Shown in pieces: positions 27,229 to 37,126 of a DNA stretch of 53,977 bases. The DNA lies in contig CAIVNB010000036.1 in assembly GCA_903907175.1 (NCBI GenBank), forward strand, positions 1 through 53,977. Direction: 5' to 3'. Made by a program: the position numbers and the translations under genes. How positions within the stretch are numbered: the first letter of the stretch is position 1; every line of letters begins with the position of its first letter. The stretch comes from an uncultured bacterium. Lineage in GTDB: Bacteria; Patescibacteriota; Minisyncoccia; Phycocordibacterales; UBA9973. The notes beneath the pieces were generated by a model. It was not told where the DNA came from. It saw only the letters and a program-made list of their open reading frames with translations, and did no database searches.

Positions 27229-28227
27229 ATGTTAAATCCAAATTTAAAATTAAATCCGAAAATTTTTAATGATGATGTTGAACAAGTACCAATCCGAAAA
27301 GGCTTTGGGCAAGGTTTAGTTGTTGCTGGAGAGAAAGACAAAAACGTGGTTGCACTTTGTGCTGACCTTACCGAAAGTACTCAGATGCATTTATTTGCTG
27401 AAAAGTTCCCTGAGAGATTTATTGAAATGGGTATTGCAGAACAGAATTTAGTGGGAGTTGCTAGTGGAATGGCTGCAATGGGCAAGATTCCTTTCTGTTC
27501 TTCTTATGCGATGTTTTCTCCCGGAAGAAATTGGGAACAAATTAGAACGGCAATCTCATATAATGACAGAAAAGTAGTAGTTGTTGGAAGTCATGCTGGT
27601 ATTTCGGTAGGACCCGATGGTGGCACACATCAAGCGCTCGAAGATATTGCTTTAACACGTATAATCCCTAACATGGATGTCATTTCTCCTTGTGATGCAA
27701 TTGAAGCAAAAAAAGCAACGATTCTTTTGGCTAAGACAAAAGAGCCAGCATATCTACGTTTGGCGCGCGAGAAAACACCGATTATGACTACAGACGATAC
27801 CCCATTTGAAATAGGTAAAGCACAAATTTTTTGGATGCCTGATGTAGGTCTTGCCCAGGTTGGAATAATTGTTACAGGTGCTCTAACATATAAAGCTATA
27901 GTTGCAGCAAAAGAGTTAGAGAAAGAAGGAATAAAAATAAAAGTAATGAATCTGACTTCTATCAAGCCGATAGACAAAGATGAGATTATAAAACTTGCAA
28001 AAGAAGCTAAGTTGATTGTTACAGTAGAGGAACATCAAATTGCAGGTGGGCTCGGTGGAGCCGTAGCTGAAATTTTGGCACAAAACTATCCTGTGCCGAT
28101 AGAATTTGTTGGAGTAAAAGATTTATTTGGCCAATCGGGAACTCCAAACGAACTCATTGAACACTATGGTATGGGTAAAGATTCTATAAAGGAAGCAGTT
28201 AGAAAAGTATTAAAGAGAAAAGTTTAA
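27229..28227 (+). CDS. Transketolase C-terminal subunit
   Basis: ADLTEST, GIAEQN, DGGTHQ, TVEEH and FGQSG. Confidence 0.95.
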   Translation: MLNPNLKLNPKIFNDDVEQVPIRKGFGQGLVVAGEKDKNVVALCADLTESTQMHLFAEKFPERFIEMGIAEQNLVGVASGMAAMGKIPFCSSYAMFSPGRNWEQIRTAISYNDRKVVVVGSHAGISVGPDGGTHQALEDIALTRIIPNMDVISPCDAIEAKKATILLAKTKEPAYLRLAREKTPIMTTDDTPFEIGKAQIFWMPDVGLAQVGIIVTGALTYKAIVAAKELEKEGIKIKVMNLTSIKPIDKDEIIKLAKEAKLIVTVEEHQIAGGLGGAVAEILAQNYPVPIEFVGVKDLFGQSGTPNELIEHYGMGKDSIKEAVRKVLKRKV

Positions 28228-28228
28228 A

Positions 28229-28669
28229 TTAATTATTTTCTGTTATATTTGGGTTTATGTATTGTTGTTTCAAATCTTTTACCAAGAGCTTTTCTAGCTC
28301 TTTTTTCTTATCTTCCATTTTATTCTTTAATATATTTTTCTCATTTTCGTTATCACTATTTTCTATTTCTATCTCAAGAGCATATAATTCATCTTCTAGT
28401 TTGTCTATTTTGTCCCATAAAATATCTGCTTGTTTCAATATAAGTTGTCTTTCAGCAAGAGAGGCTTCAGTTTCTGTTCCAATTCTTTTAAAGAAATTAT
28501 CAAGAGAATAAATGATATCTGGATATTTAGTAAATCTAAATTTTACATTTTCAAAATTTTTACCAATTTTATTTTTTATTTTTTGTATTTCTTCTTCAGA
28601 AAGGTCAGATTTCCAAACTTCTTGGCCTTCTTTTAGTCGTGTTCCATTTTTTCTTTCTCCTTCATTCAT
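28229..28669 (-). CDS. Hypothetical 146-aa charged coiled-coil protein
   Basis: Likely start MNEGERKN at 28669, directly after the pfkB stop; the upstream extension overlaps pfkB. Confidence 0.6.
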   Translation of the reverse strand: MNEGERKNGTRLKEGQEVWKSDLSEEEIQKIKNKIGKNFENVKFRFTKYPDIIYSLDNFFKRIGTETEASLAERQLILKQADILWDKIDKLEDELYALEIEIENSDNENEKNILKNKMEDKKKELEKLLVKDLKQQYINPNITENN

Positions 28670-28674
28670 AATAT

Positions 28675-29706
28675 TTAATTTATTTTTGTTGCCTTGTAAT
28701 CTGCTGGAGCATTTTTCAAATATTCTTCTAGTTTTTCGCGAGTAAGCAATCCCGCTTGGGTGCCAATGTGTTGGATTACCGACATCGGGTTGATTAGACT
28801 CCAAGAAAGTGCCTCGAGGGGAGTTTTGCCAAGAGCAAGTGCTACGGTGAAAGTTGCAGAGAAAGCATCTCCAGCGCCAGTGATTTCGAGTGGAGGAGTA
28901 GCATCCGGATAAACTGGATGATGCCAAAGTTCATCGTTAAAGTAGAGATATGCTCCACTTGCTCCATCAGAAAGAGCAACCATTTTTGGTCCTAGCGCAT
29001 GAATATCCTTCATCAATTCTAAAATGTTTTTGTCTTCTCCGACTCTTTCTTTTCCTAAAATTCTTTCAGCCTCTTCGACATTTGAGAAAAATATTTCTGT
29101 ACGGGCATAAATATCTTTCAGTTTTTCTTTCCCGAACTTTATTTGATAAGTTCCTGGCTGGAAAGCGAGTTTCACTTCTTGGTGTTTGTTTAAATATTCT
29201 ACTACTTCGGCGTGGAAGGGCAGGGAATTTTCTCCCAATGAACTAAAATAAATCCAAAGAGGATTGCATTCTTTTGACCCATTTTCCTCGGGCCAATGTC
29301 TTTCGTAGTTTTGATGTTTAACTAAAATAGTGCGGTCAATATCATACCAAAGTACGTAATTATAATTTGTAAATTTATCTTTATTTTTTTTCACAAAATC
29401 AGTACTAATGTTTTCACTTTTTAGTGTTTCTAAACATTGATTTCCATTTTGGTCATCACCGATATTTGTCATTAGGGCGGTCGAAAGCCCTAGTCTTGAG
29501 GCACACACAGCGGCATTGCCACTATTACCACCAGCCGGGATGATCGTGACTCCCTCATAGGGGATTTTATCTCCGAAACGTAAGCATAACTCGCATCCAA
29601 TTTTATCAATATTACAATGCACGTGGGCATCTTTTAATTGAATAAATGCATCTATAACAATATCCCCAATTGCAAGAAAATCTATTTTTGTTCGTTCTTT
29701 TTCCAT
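28675..29706 (-). CDS. PfkB-family carbohydrate kinase
   Basis: GGNSGNAAV..SRLG, IGDD..G, NVEEA and TGAGDAF. Confidence 0.92.
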   Translation of the reverse strand: MEKERTKIDFLAIGDIVIDAFIQLKDAHVHCNIDKIGCELCLRFGDKIPYEGVTIIPAGGNSGNAAVCASRLGLSTALMTNIGDDQNGNQCLETLKSENISTDFVKKNKDKFTNYNYVLWYDIDRTILVKHQNYERHWPEENGSKECNPLWIYFSSLGENSLPFHAEVVEYLNKHQEVKLAFQPGTYQIKFGKEKLKDIYARTEIFFSNVEEAERILGKERVGEDKNILELMKDIHALGPKMVALSDGASGAYLYFNDELWHHPVYPDATPPLEITGAGDAFSATFTVALALGKTPLEALSWSLINPMSVIQHIGTQAGLLTREKLEEYLKNAPADYKATKIN

Positions 29707-29748
29707 GATAAAATTATACCATATTATAAAATATTAAAAAATAATTTT

Positions 29749-31263
29749 ATGAAATTTAGAATAACATTTATTTTAGTGTTTTTTTCTTTATTTTTAGCAA
29801 CTAATTTTGCATATGCAGCAGTAATAATAAATGAAGTTAAAATAAAACCAACTGGAGAAAGTTTTATTGAGCTTTATAATTCAAACAACACAGCGCAAGA
29901 TTTAACTGGATGGTCAATTAAACGCAAAACTGCGAGTGGAACGGAATATCCTCTTGTCTCAGCAAGTAGGATGCAAGGAAAATCAATTTTAGCTAATAGC
30001 TATTTTTTATTAGCGAATGAAGGTAATTATACTGGTATTATTACACCAGATGTAGCATGGGCGACTTCTTATAATCTTGTAAATGACAATGCAATTGTTT
30101 TATATAATGGAGCTGAAATTATTTCAAAAGTTGGATGGGGAGAAGTAAATATAAATGATTGTGATGTTGTATGTGCTTCAAATCCAGACGAAGGAAAGAG
30201 TATTCAAAAAACTTCGAACGGGTGGGTGGTTTTAAATCCTACTCCCAAAATGATTAATGAAGATAACACAATAGTGGTGTCGCCCCCTATAAGCAGTGGT
30301 GGTGGAGGTGGTCCAAGTATTCCAGCTACTACTATCGAAATAAAACCAAAGATAATTGAAGTACCGAAAATAAAAACAAAGATTATTGCTAAGGATTTAG
30401 CTTTTATTGGAATTCCTCTTGAGCTTGAAGCAAGTACTATTGGTTATTCTGGTGAAATAAGAAATTATGGGAAATACTATTGGAATTTTGGTGATGGTGA
30501 TTCAAAAGAAATAAATGCAAATCAAAATCAAAAATTTACACATACATATTACTATGAAGGAGATTATGAAATAACACTCGAATATTATTCGAATTATTAC
30601 TCTGAAGTTTCAGATACCATTAATAAATTTTTTGTTAAGGTAATCCCAGCTACGGTTTTTATTTCAAAAATTGGTGATGAAAAAGATTTTTTCATTGAGT
30701 TATCAAATGATTCTCTATATGATATTGATGTTTCAAGATGGAAGATAACATCTTCTAATAAAACTTTCGTTTTACCAAAAAATACTAGCATTGGGACAAA
30801 AAGTAAAATGATTTTATCTCCTAAAATAACCAATTTTACGATAGAAGACAAGGATAGTTTGAAGCTTTCAACATCGACAGGTGAAATTGCTTTTAGTTAC
30901 AATCCTTCTCCGCAAATAAATACTTCTGTTGCAGAAATGGGTAAAGTTATTCCAGAAACACCTATCGAAAGAGAAAAACAAGAAACTTTAACTAATACAA
31001 ATTCGGATAATAATCAAATAGAAAAAGGAATATTGCCGACCACTCCGGATCAAGATTTACAGAATGGAAATAAAAATTCTGCACTTGATCTTGCGGCATC
31101 TCCAATGCCAAGTGATACAAAAGAAGAAAATACAAATAAGTCTTATTTCTTTTTTGGAAGTTTTGTTGTATTATTACTTGTCTCTGGTGGAGTAGTTTAT
31201 TATATTCGCCAAAGAAAAAATGTCTCAAAAGTCGGAGACGATTTTAAAATTATAGATGAATAA
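29749..31263 (+). CDS. Surface protein: lamin-tail domain, PKD domain, second LTD-like domain, C-terminal TM
   Basis: Signal peptide ending AYA; VIINEV..FIELYN..DLTGW; YYWNFGDG..HTYYYEGDY; FIELSN..IDVSRW; TM segment near the C-terminus. Confidence 0.85.
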   Translation: MKFRITFILVFFSLFLATNFAYAAVIINEVKIKPTGESFIELYNSNNTAQDLTGWSIKRKTASGTEYPLVSASRMQGKSILANSYFLLANEGNYTGIITPDVAWATSYNLVNDNAIVLYNGAEIISKVGWGEVNINDCDVVCASNPDEGKSIQKTSNGWVVLNPTPKMINEDNTIVVSPPISSGGGGGPSIPATTIEIKPKIIEVPKIKTKIIAKDLAFIGIPLELEASTIGYSGEIRNYGKYYWNFGDGDSKEINANQNQKFTHTYYYEGDYEITLEYYSNYYSEVSDTINKFFVKVIPATVFISKIGDEKDFFIELSNDSLYDIDVSRWKITSSNKTFVLPKNTSIGTKSKMILSPKITNFTIEDKDSLKLSTSTGEIAFSYNPSPQINTSVAEMGKVIPETPIEREKQETLTNTNSDNNQIEKGILPTTPDQDLQNGNKNSALDLAASPMPSDTKEENTNKSYFFFGSFVVLLLVSGGVVYYIRQRKNVSKVGDDFKIIDE

Positions 31264-31265
31264 TT

Positions 31266-31481
31266 ATGTTTAAAAATTTTTTACTTAAAAAAATGCTTCG
31301 AACACAGGGTGTGCCTGAGGCACAAATAGATATGGTCATCAATATGATGGAGAAAAATCCAGAACTTTTTAAAAAAATAGCAGAAGAGATTCAAGCTAAG
31401 ATAAAAGGTGGAATGGACCAACAGTCTGCTTCGATGGAAGTAATGGGAAAATACCAAGAAGAACTAAAAAAACTTGTATAA
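31266..31481 (+). CDS. Small helical hypothetical protein
   Basis: 71-aa Met/Lys-rich ORF abutting the upstream gene; resembles a conserved Parcubacteria small protein (recall only). Confidence 0.75.
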   Translation: MFKNFLLKKMLRTQGVPEAQIDMVINMMEKNPELFKKIAEEIQAKIKGGMDQQSASMEVMGKYQEELKKLV

Positions 31482-31569
31482 ATTTTAGTGTAATTTATTT
31501 TTGCTTTGTACGTCATTTATTAAGGTAACCAATTTTTTGGTTATTTTAATAATATGTTATAATCAAATT

Positions 31570-33102
31570 ATGAAGGAAAAATTATCATTTTTTAAAAAGA
31601 AGCGTTACATTTTTGGCATTATTGCCATAGTTCTTATTATAGCCGGATATTTTATTTTTTTTAATCACAAAACAACATATCAATTTGTAACCGTGAAGAG
31701 TGGTTCTATAACCGAATCAGTTTCTCTCACAGGGAACACCACTCCACAACAAAGTCTCTCTTTAACATTTGGCGGTAGTGGGGTAATTTCTCATACGTAT
31801 TCAGATTTGGGGAAGCAAGTATCAAAAGGACAAGTATTAGCAGAACTCAACACGAGCGATCTTCTTGCTCAATTACATCAAGTACAAGCTGCTTATTTAG
31901 TTGCACAAACATCTTATGACAAACTAGTAAATGGAGCTTCGACGTCTGATATAGAAATAGCTAAGGTTGCATTGAATAATGCACAAAATACTTATAACGA
32001 TACTGTATCTCAACAGAAAGTTTTAGTTGCAAATGCATTTTCCACAATGATTAATTCTGGGCTTGTTGCCTTGCCTACAATAAGTGGTTCAAACACGACA
32101 GGCTCACCTACAATTTCAGGCACATATTCTAGTACTGAAGAAGGTGTTTACACTGTTACTATATATGCAACAGGAAATGGGGAAGCTTATTTTTCTCTTT
32201 CTGGTCTTGAAAGTGGAAGCACTGGCAAAGTTAGCACCATAGCTACTCCTCTTGGGACTCGTGGACTATTTATACAATTTCCAAGCAACAATATTTCATT
32301 TTATAACAATACTACTTGGACGATTTCCATCCCAAATGTTAAATCTTCTACTTACTTAACTTACAATAATGCATATCAATCAGCACTACAGAGTCAATCT
32401 CAGGCTATCGCTTCTGCACAAGGTGCGGTAGATTCAGCAAAAGCCAACTTAGATCAAAAAAAATCGGGGGCTCGCCCTGAAGATCTAGCCATAGCTAAAG
32501 CTCAGATACAAGGGGCACAAGCAAACGTTGAAAGCATAAAAGCCAAATTGGAAAATGCCCAAATTGTCACACCTATTAGTGGTACAATTACGCAATTTGA
32601 TGCAAAAATAGGACAACTTGCATCTCCAAACGTGCCACTTGTATCTATTATGTCGGATGGTGGATATGAAGTAGATGCAGGTGCTTCTGAAACAGACATT
32701 GGTAAAATTTCAGTTGGCGACAAAGTTTCAATGACGCTTGATGCTTTCCAGAATGAAAAATTTTTAGGATCTGTATTTTATATTGCTCCAGCAGCAACAA
32801 ATACAGGAGGGGTTATTACTTACAAAGTCAAAATCTCATTTGATAAAATTGATTTACGATTAAAGAGTGGCCTTACTGCCAATATTGATATAGAAACAAA
32901 ACACAAAGATAATATTTTAGTTCTCCCGCAATATGCTATTTTGCAAAATGATCAAGGAACATTTGTAGAAACACTTTTGAATAACAAAGTAATACAAAAT
33001 CCTGTGACCCTTGGCATTATGGATCAGAAAGGAAATGTTGAAATAATTTCTGGAGCGACGCAAGGAGAACAAGTTCTAAATATTGGACTCAAAGCATCAT
33101 AA
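31570..33102 (+). CDS. Efflux membrane-fusion (MacA/HlyD-like) adaptor protein
   Basis: N-terminal TM, GKQVSKGQVLAEL, IVTPISGTI, ETDIGKISVG, LKSGLTA; start at 31570. Confidence 0.92.
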   Translation: MKEKLSFFKKKRYIFGIIAIVLIIAGYFIFFNHKTTYQFVTVKSGSITESVSLTGNTTPQQSLSLTFGGSGVISHTYSDLGKQVSKGQVLAELNTSDLLAQLHQVQAAYLVAQTSYDKLVNGASTSDIEIAKVALNNAQNTYNDTVSQQKVLVANAFSTMINSGLVALPTISGSNTTGSPTISGTYSSTEEGVYTVTIYATGNGEAYFSLSGLESGSTGKVSTIATPLGTRGLFIQFPSNNISFYNNTTWTISIPNVKSSTYLTYNNAYQSALQSQSQAIASAQGAVDSAKANLDQKKSGARPEDLAIAKAQIQGAQANVESIKAKLENAQIVTPISGTITQFDAKIGQLASPNVPLVSIMSDGGYEVDAGASETDIGKISVGDKVSMTLDAFQNEKFLGSVFYIAPAATNTGGVITYKVKISFDKIDLRLKSGLTANIDIETKHKDNILVLPQYAILQNDQGTFVETLLNNKVIQNPVTLGIMDQKGNVEIISGATQGEQVLNIGLKAS

Positions 33103-33105
33103 ATA

Positions 33106-33813
33106 ATGATTGAAGTAAACAATCTAAAAAAAGAATATTTTGAAGGGGAAACAACAACGAAAGCTTTAAGAGGTGTTACTTTTTCTATTAAAAAAGGGGA
33201 ATTTGTTTCCATTATGGGACCTTCTGGTTCTGGTAAATCCACGTTGCTTCATGTTTTAAGTTTTCTTGATAGACCAACCGGAGGCACATATGAATTTGAA
33301 AATAAGAGTATTGATAAAATGAGTGATCAAGAACTTGCTCAGGTTCGAAATAAAGATATGGGCTTTGTCTTTCAATCATTCAATTTACTCTCTCGTTTGT
33401 CTGTGCATGATAATGTTGAAATACCTCTTTTGTATTCAGATATTCCACCAAACAAACGTTTAAAGCTTATAGAAGAAGCTGTCCATGCTGTTGGGCTCGA
33501 AGAAAAATTACATACAGAAGCAGGTAGACTTTCTGGTGGTCAAAAACAACGAGTGGCTATTGCTCGAGCCCTTGTGACTGACCCAAATGTTATTTTTGCT
33601 GATGAGCCGACTGGTAATCTTGACTCAGAATCTGGATTACAAGTTATGGAAATACTTGAATCATTAAATGATAAAGGACGTACCGTAATATTGGTAACAC
33701 ACGAAACTCAGACTGCTGAATTTGCCAATCGTATTATTAGAATAAAAGATGGTATGGTCGAAAGTGATAAAAAAATTATCCCAAACCGTATTCATCGCGG
33801 AAATTTAAAATAA
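33106..33813 (+). CDS. ABC transporter ATPase (MacB/LolD-like)
   Basis: GPSGSGKST, LSGGQKQRVAIARAL, ADEPTGNLD and VTHE. Confidence 0.96.
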   Translation: MIEVNNLKKEYFEGETTTKALRGVTFSIKKGEFVSIMGPSGSGKSTLLHVLSFLDRPTGGTYEFENKSIDKMSDQELAQVRNKDMGFVFQSFNLLSRLSVHDNVEIPLLYSDIPPNKRLKLIEEAVHAVGLEEKLHTEAGRLSGGQKQRVAIARALVTDPNVIFADEPTGNLDSESGLQVMEILESLNDKGRTVILVTHETQTAEFANRIIRIKDGMVESDKKIIPNRIHRGNLK

Positions 33814-33814
33814 C

Positions 33815-35062
33815 ATGCTCTTTAAAGATGCTTTTAAAACTTCAACTCGTAGCCTTATGCATGGAAAGATGCGTTCTATTTTAACAATGCTTGGTATTGT
33901 TATCGGCATAGCTTCTGTAATTATCTTAATGTCTATTGGTCAGTCAGCCCAAGATCTAATCCTAGGTCAAGTTCAAAGTGTTGGTTCGAACTTAATTATT
34001 ATTACTCCTGGTGCACCCAACAATGGTAAATTTTCTTCGCCAGCTTCAGCGCAAGGAATAGTAATAACCAGTTTACAGCAAAGAGATGTTGATTCTATTA
34101 GTAGAGAACCTTCTGTAAATGAAGCAGCATCGTTTGTTAGTGGCATAGCAGAAGTTGTTTTTGGAAATAATAATAAAACGGTAAGTTATCAAGGGGTTAC
34201 TTCTAATATGTTTTCAGTAAGGAATCTTACATTAGGCAAAGGATTTGTTTTTACAAAAGGGGATGTAGATTCTGGAAACCATGTTGTAGTTATTGGGCCT
34301 GATCTTGCAAATACTTTATTTGGAACTACCTTAAGTCCAATTGATAAAACAATACGAGTAAAAAATGTTTCATTCCGTGTTGTTGGAGTGTTGAGTAAAG
34401 GTGGCGTTGGAGCTTTTGGTGTTGATCAAGGAAATATTGTTATTATGCCGATAACAGTTGCTCAGAAGCAATTACTTGGAATTTCTTATTTAAATGTAAT
34501 CCTTGCACAAGCAAATCCTACCTATGATATCAATTTTGCAAAATCACGTATAACTTTTGCATTGCGCCAGAATCATGGCATAACTGATCCAAATAAAGAT
34601 GATTTTAATATACAAACGCAAGCAGATATATTGGCAATCTTAGGGACAATTACTTCTATTTTCACATTATTTTTAGCAGCGATAGCGTCGATTTCTCTGA
34701 TAGTTGGCGGTATTGGTATTATGAATATAATGCTTGTTTCTGTTACTGAAAGAACAAGGGAAATTGGGCTCCGTAAAGCCGTCGGTGCAACAAATGGTGA
34801 TATATTACAGCAATTTTTAATTGAGTCAGTTTTGTTAACCTTCACCGGTGGTGCTATTGGAATAGCTATTGGAGGAGGGGTTGTTGGTCTTATATACATT
34901 GTTCTTAAGAATTTTTCTTCTATTGGTTGGGTTTTTGCTTTTCCTATTTCATCTGTAATCCTTGGCTTGTTAGTGTCAGGGATAGCAGGTATCGCTTTTG
35001 GAATTTATCCAGCATATCAGGCTGGCAAAAAGAACCCAATTGATGCCTTAAGATATGAATAA
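33815..35062 (+). CDS. MacB-type ABC permease
   Basis: RSILTMLGIVIG, GGIGIMNIMLVSVTERTREIG and PIDALRYE. Confidence 0.95.
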   Translation: MLFKDAFKTSTRSLMHGKMRSILTMLGIVIGIASVIILMSIGQSAQDLILGQVQSVGSNLIIITPGAPNNGKFSSPASAQGIVITSLQQRDVDSISREPSVNEAASFVSGIAEVVFGNNNKTVSYQGVTSNMFSVRNLTLGKGFVFTKGDVDSGNHVVVIGPDLANTLFGTTLSPIDKTIRVKNVSFRVVGVLSKGGVGAFGVDQGNIVIMPITVAQKQLLGISYLNVILAQANPTYDINFAKSRITFALRQNHGITDPNKDDFNIQTQADILAILGTITSIFTLFLAAIASISLIVGGIGIMNIMLVSVTERTREIGLRKAVGATNGDILQQFLIESVLLTFTGGAIGIAIGGGVVGLIYIVLKNFSSIGWVFAFPISSVILGLLVSGIAGIAFGIYPAYQAGKKNPIDALRYE

Positions 35063-35119
35063 TATTTAATGAAAATTATTGACCTTTTTATAATATTTTG
35101 TTAGAATAATAAGACATAA

Positions 35120-35359
35120 ATGAGTGATCCAAAAAATGAAAAATTGTTAACTGTTCGCGGTTTAATCACAGAGGCATTACCCAGTACTCTCTTTAGAGTT
35201 AATGTAGAAAATACAGAAAAACAAGAAGGTGAAAAAGAAATTTTAGCGTATCTTTCAGGAAAAATGAGAATGCATAGAATCAAAGTTTTAATTGGAGATC
35301 ATGTTGAAGTCGTACTCGATAAGTACGGTGGGAAAGGGAGAATTGTAAAAAGGTTGTAA
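35120..35359 (+). CDS. infA: Translation initiation factor IF-1
   Basis: EALPSTLFRV...LAYLSGKMRMHRIKVLIGD..V...KGRIV. Confidence 0.95.
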   Translation: MSDPKNEKLLTVRGLITEALPSTLFRVNVENTEKQEGEKEILAYLSGKMRMHRIKVLIGDHVEVVLDKYGGKGRIVKRL

Positions 35360-35472
35360 TTTTTTTAAGAATAGTGTATTATAGTACATACAGTTAGTAA
35401 ATATGAAAAAATATTGAAAAATAAGGGTTTTTCCCTTGTTTTTAGATTATTGTACGAAAAATTAATTTTTAT

Positions 35473-35583
35473 ATGAAAATAAAATCAACAGTAAAAAAAA
35501 TTTGTGATAATTGTAAAATGGTGAAAAGGAAGAGGCATTTACGAGTAATTTGTTCGAACCCTAAGCATAAGCAAAAGCAATAA
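35473..35583 (+). CDS. rpmJ: 50S ribosomal protein L36, Zn-binding type (below the ORF-track cutoff)
   Basis: Manual translation [36 protein letters not shown]; lies between infA and rpsM. Confidence 0.96.
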   Translation: MKIKSTVKKICDNCKMVKRKRHLRVICSNPKHKQKQ

Positions 35584-35592
35584 AATAAATTT

Positions 35593-35973
35593 ATGAGAAT
35601 TTTTGGAATAACAGTACCAAACGAAAAAAGATTGGAAATAGGATTGACCTGCGTATATGGCATAGGTATTTCTACTGCTCGAAAGATTTTAGATCAGGTT
35701 GGGATAGATTATGGAAAGCATGCAAAAGACTTAAATCCGGAAGAAGAAAATAAAATAAGAACGATAGTGGAAGGAATGAAAATAGAGGGGAATCTAAAAA
35801 GAGAAGTTTCTGCAAATATAAAAAGACTGAAAGATATAAAGACATATAGAGGCATTAGACATATAAAAAGATTACCAGTACGAGGCCAGAGAACAAAGAC
35901 AAATTCTAGAACAATAAGAGGTAATGTACGAAAGACAATGGCTTCAGGTAAGAGAAAAGAAAGTAAGACATAA
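35593..35973 (+). CDS. rpsM: 30S ribosomal protein S13
   Basis: YGIG, YRGIRH..LPVRGQRTKTNSRT. Confidence 0.98.
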   Translation: MRIFGITVPNEKRLEIGLTCVYGIGISTARKILDQVGIDYGKHAKDLNPEEENKIRTIVEGMKIEGNLKREVSANIKRLKDIKTYRGIRHIKRLPVRGQRTKTNSRTIRGNVRKTMASGKRKESKT

Positions 35974-35985
35974 AAATTAATTTAA

Positions 35986-36420
35986 ATGGGAAAAACAAAA
36001 ATTACAACAGAAAAAGAGGAAGTTTTAAAAGAAGGAGAAGTAAAAACTACTTCATCAAAAACTCCGAAGAAGAAGATTACTTCTGGTATTGTTTATGTTG
36101 ACGCTACTTTTAATAATACAAAAGTTCTTTTTGCAGACAAACTAGGCAATACTTTGTTTTGGTCAAGTTCCGGTTCCCTTGGTTTTAAGGGTGCTAAAAA
36201 AGGTACACCATTTGCTGCTTCGAAAGTTGGAGAAGTGATTGGCAGTAAAGCAAATATTTTGGGTGTTAAGGATGCTGATGTTGTAGTAAGGGGAGTTGGT
36301 TCAGGTAGAGAGCCAGCAATTAGAGCTTTTATGGGTTTTGGGATAGAGATTACTTCCATAAAAGATGCTACACCTGTTCCACATAATGGACCAAAGCCTA
36401 AAAAGCCACGAAGAGTATAA
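35986..36420 (+). CDS. rpsK: 30S ribosomal protein S11
   Basis: TFNNT, GFKGAKKGTPFAA and TPVPHNG..PKKPRRV. Confidence 0.98.
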   Translation: MGKTKITTEKEEVLKEGEVKTTSSKTPKKKITSGIVYVDATFNNTKVLFADKLGNTLFWSSSGSLGFKGAKKGTPFAASKVGEVIGSKANILGVKDADVVVRGVGSGREPAIRAFMGFGIEITSIKDATPVPHNGPKPKKPRRV

Positions 36421-36446
36421 TTTTATAATTTTCAACTTTATTTTAT

Positions 36447-37052
36447 ATGATAACTAAACCAAAATTTAAAATTTGCAGAAGACTAGGTCCAGGCGTTTAT
36501 GATAAATGTCAGACAACTAAGTTTTCGACTACTTCAGGGAAATTTGCTTCTCCTGGTGCAAAGCGTCCAAAAGCTCTCTCAGAATATGGAGCACAACTTA
36601 TTGAAAAACAAAAAATTCGATTTTCTTATGGTATTACTGAACGTCAACTTTCAAACTATGTTAAAAAAGCTTCACATATAAAGGGAGCAGGAACTGCAGT
36701 AAAGTTTTATGAAGATCTTGAATCTCGTCTTGACAATGTAGTTTATCGAATGGGACTCGCACCAAGTAGACGAGGTAGCAGACAGATGGTTTCCCATGGA
36801 CATTTTATAGTTAATGATAAAAGAGTCACTATCCCTTCATACGAAGTAAAGCCTGGAGATATAATAAAAATTCGTGAAGGATCAAAGACAAAGAAAATTT
36901 TTGAAAATATGATTGATAAATTAAAAGATTATTCTGCGCCAGCTTGGGTATCGTATGACGCTACGAAAATGGAAGGTAAAGTTTTATCAAAACCAAAAAA
37001 TATTGAAACCTTCCTTGATTTAAACGCTGTACTTGAGTTTTACAGTCGTTAA
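36447..37052 (+). CDS. rpsD: 30S ribosomal protein S4
   Basis: SEYGAQLIEKQK, LESRLDNVVYRMG and EFYSR. Confidence 0.98.
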   Translation: MITKPKFKICRRLGPGVYDKCQTTKFSTTSGKFASPGAKRPKALSEYGAQLIEKQKIRFSYGITERQLSNYVKKASHIKGAGTAVKFYEDLESRLDNVVYRMGLAPSRRGSRQMVSHGHFIVNDKRVTIPSYEVKPGDIIKIREGSKTKKIFENMIDKLKDYSAPAWVSYDATKMEGKVLSKPKNIETFLDLNAVLEFYSR

Positions 37053-37126
37053 ATTATTTTAAATTTGTTTATTTCCGCTTTAAGCGGATAAGTATTATCA
37101 AAATTAAGAATTAAAATTATAAAAAT

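Noticed and set aside
26363..28227. Split transketolase as a frameshifted pseudogene
   Set aside because: Two-subunit transketolases are a known family and both halves have intact motifs and starts.
28670..28927. N-terminal 86 codons of the 232-aa ORF overlapping pfkB
   Set aside because: Out-of-frame overlap with the conserved pfkB C-terminus and atypical composition; ATG 28669 just after the pfkB stop is the plausible start.
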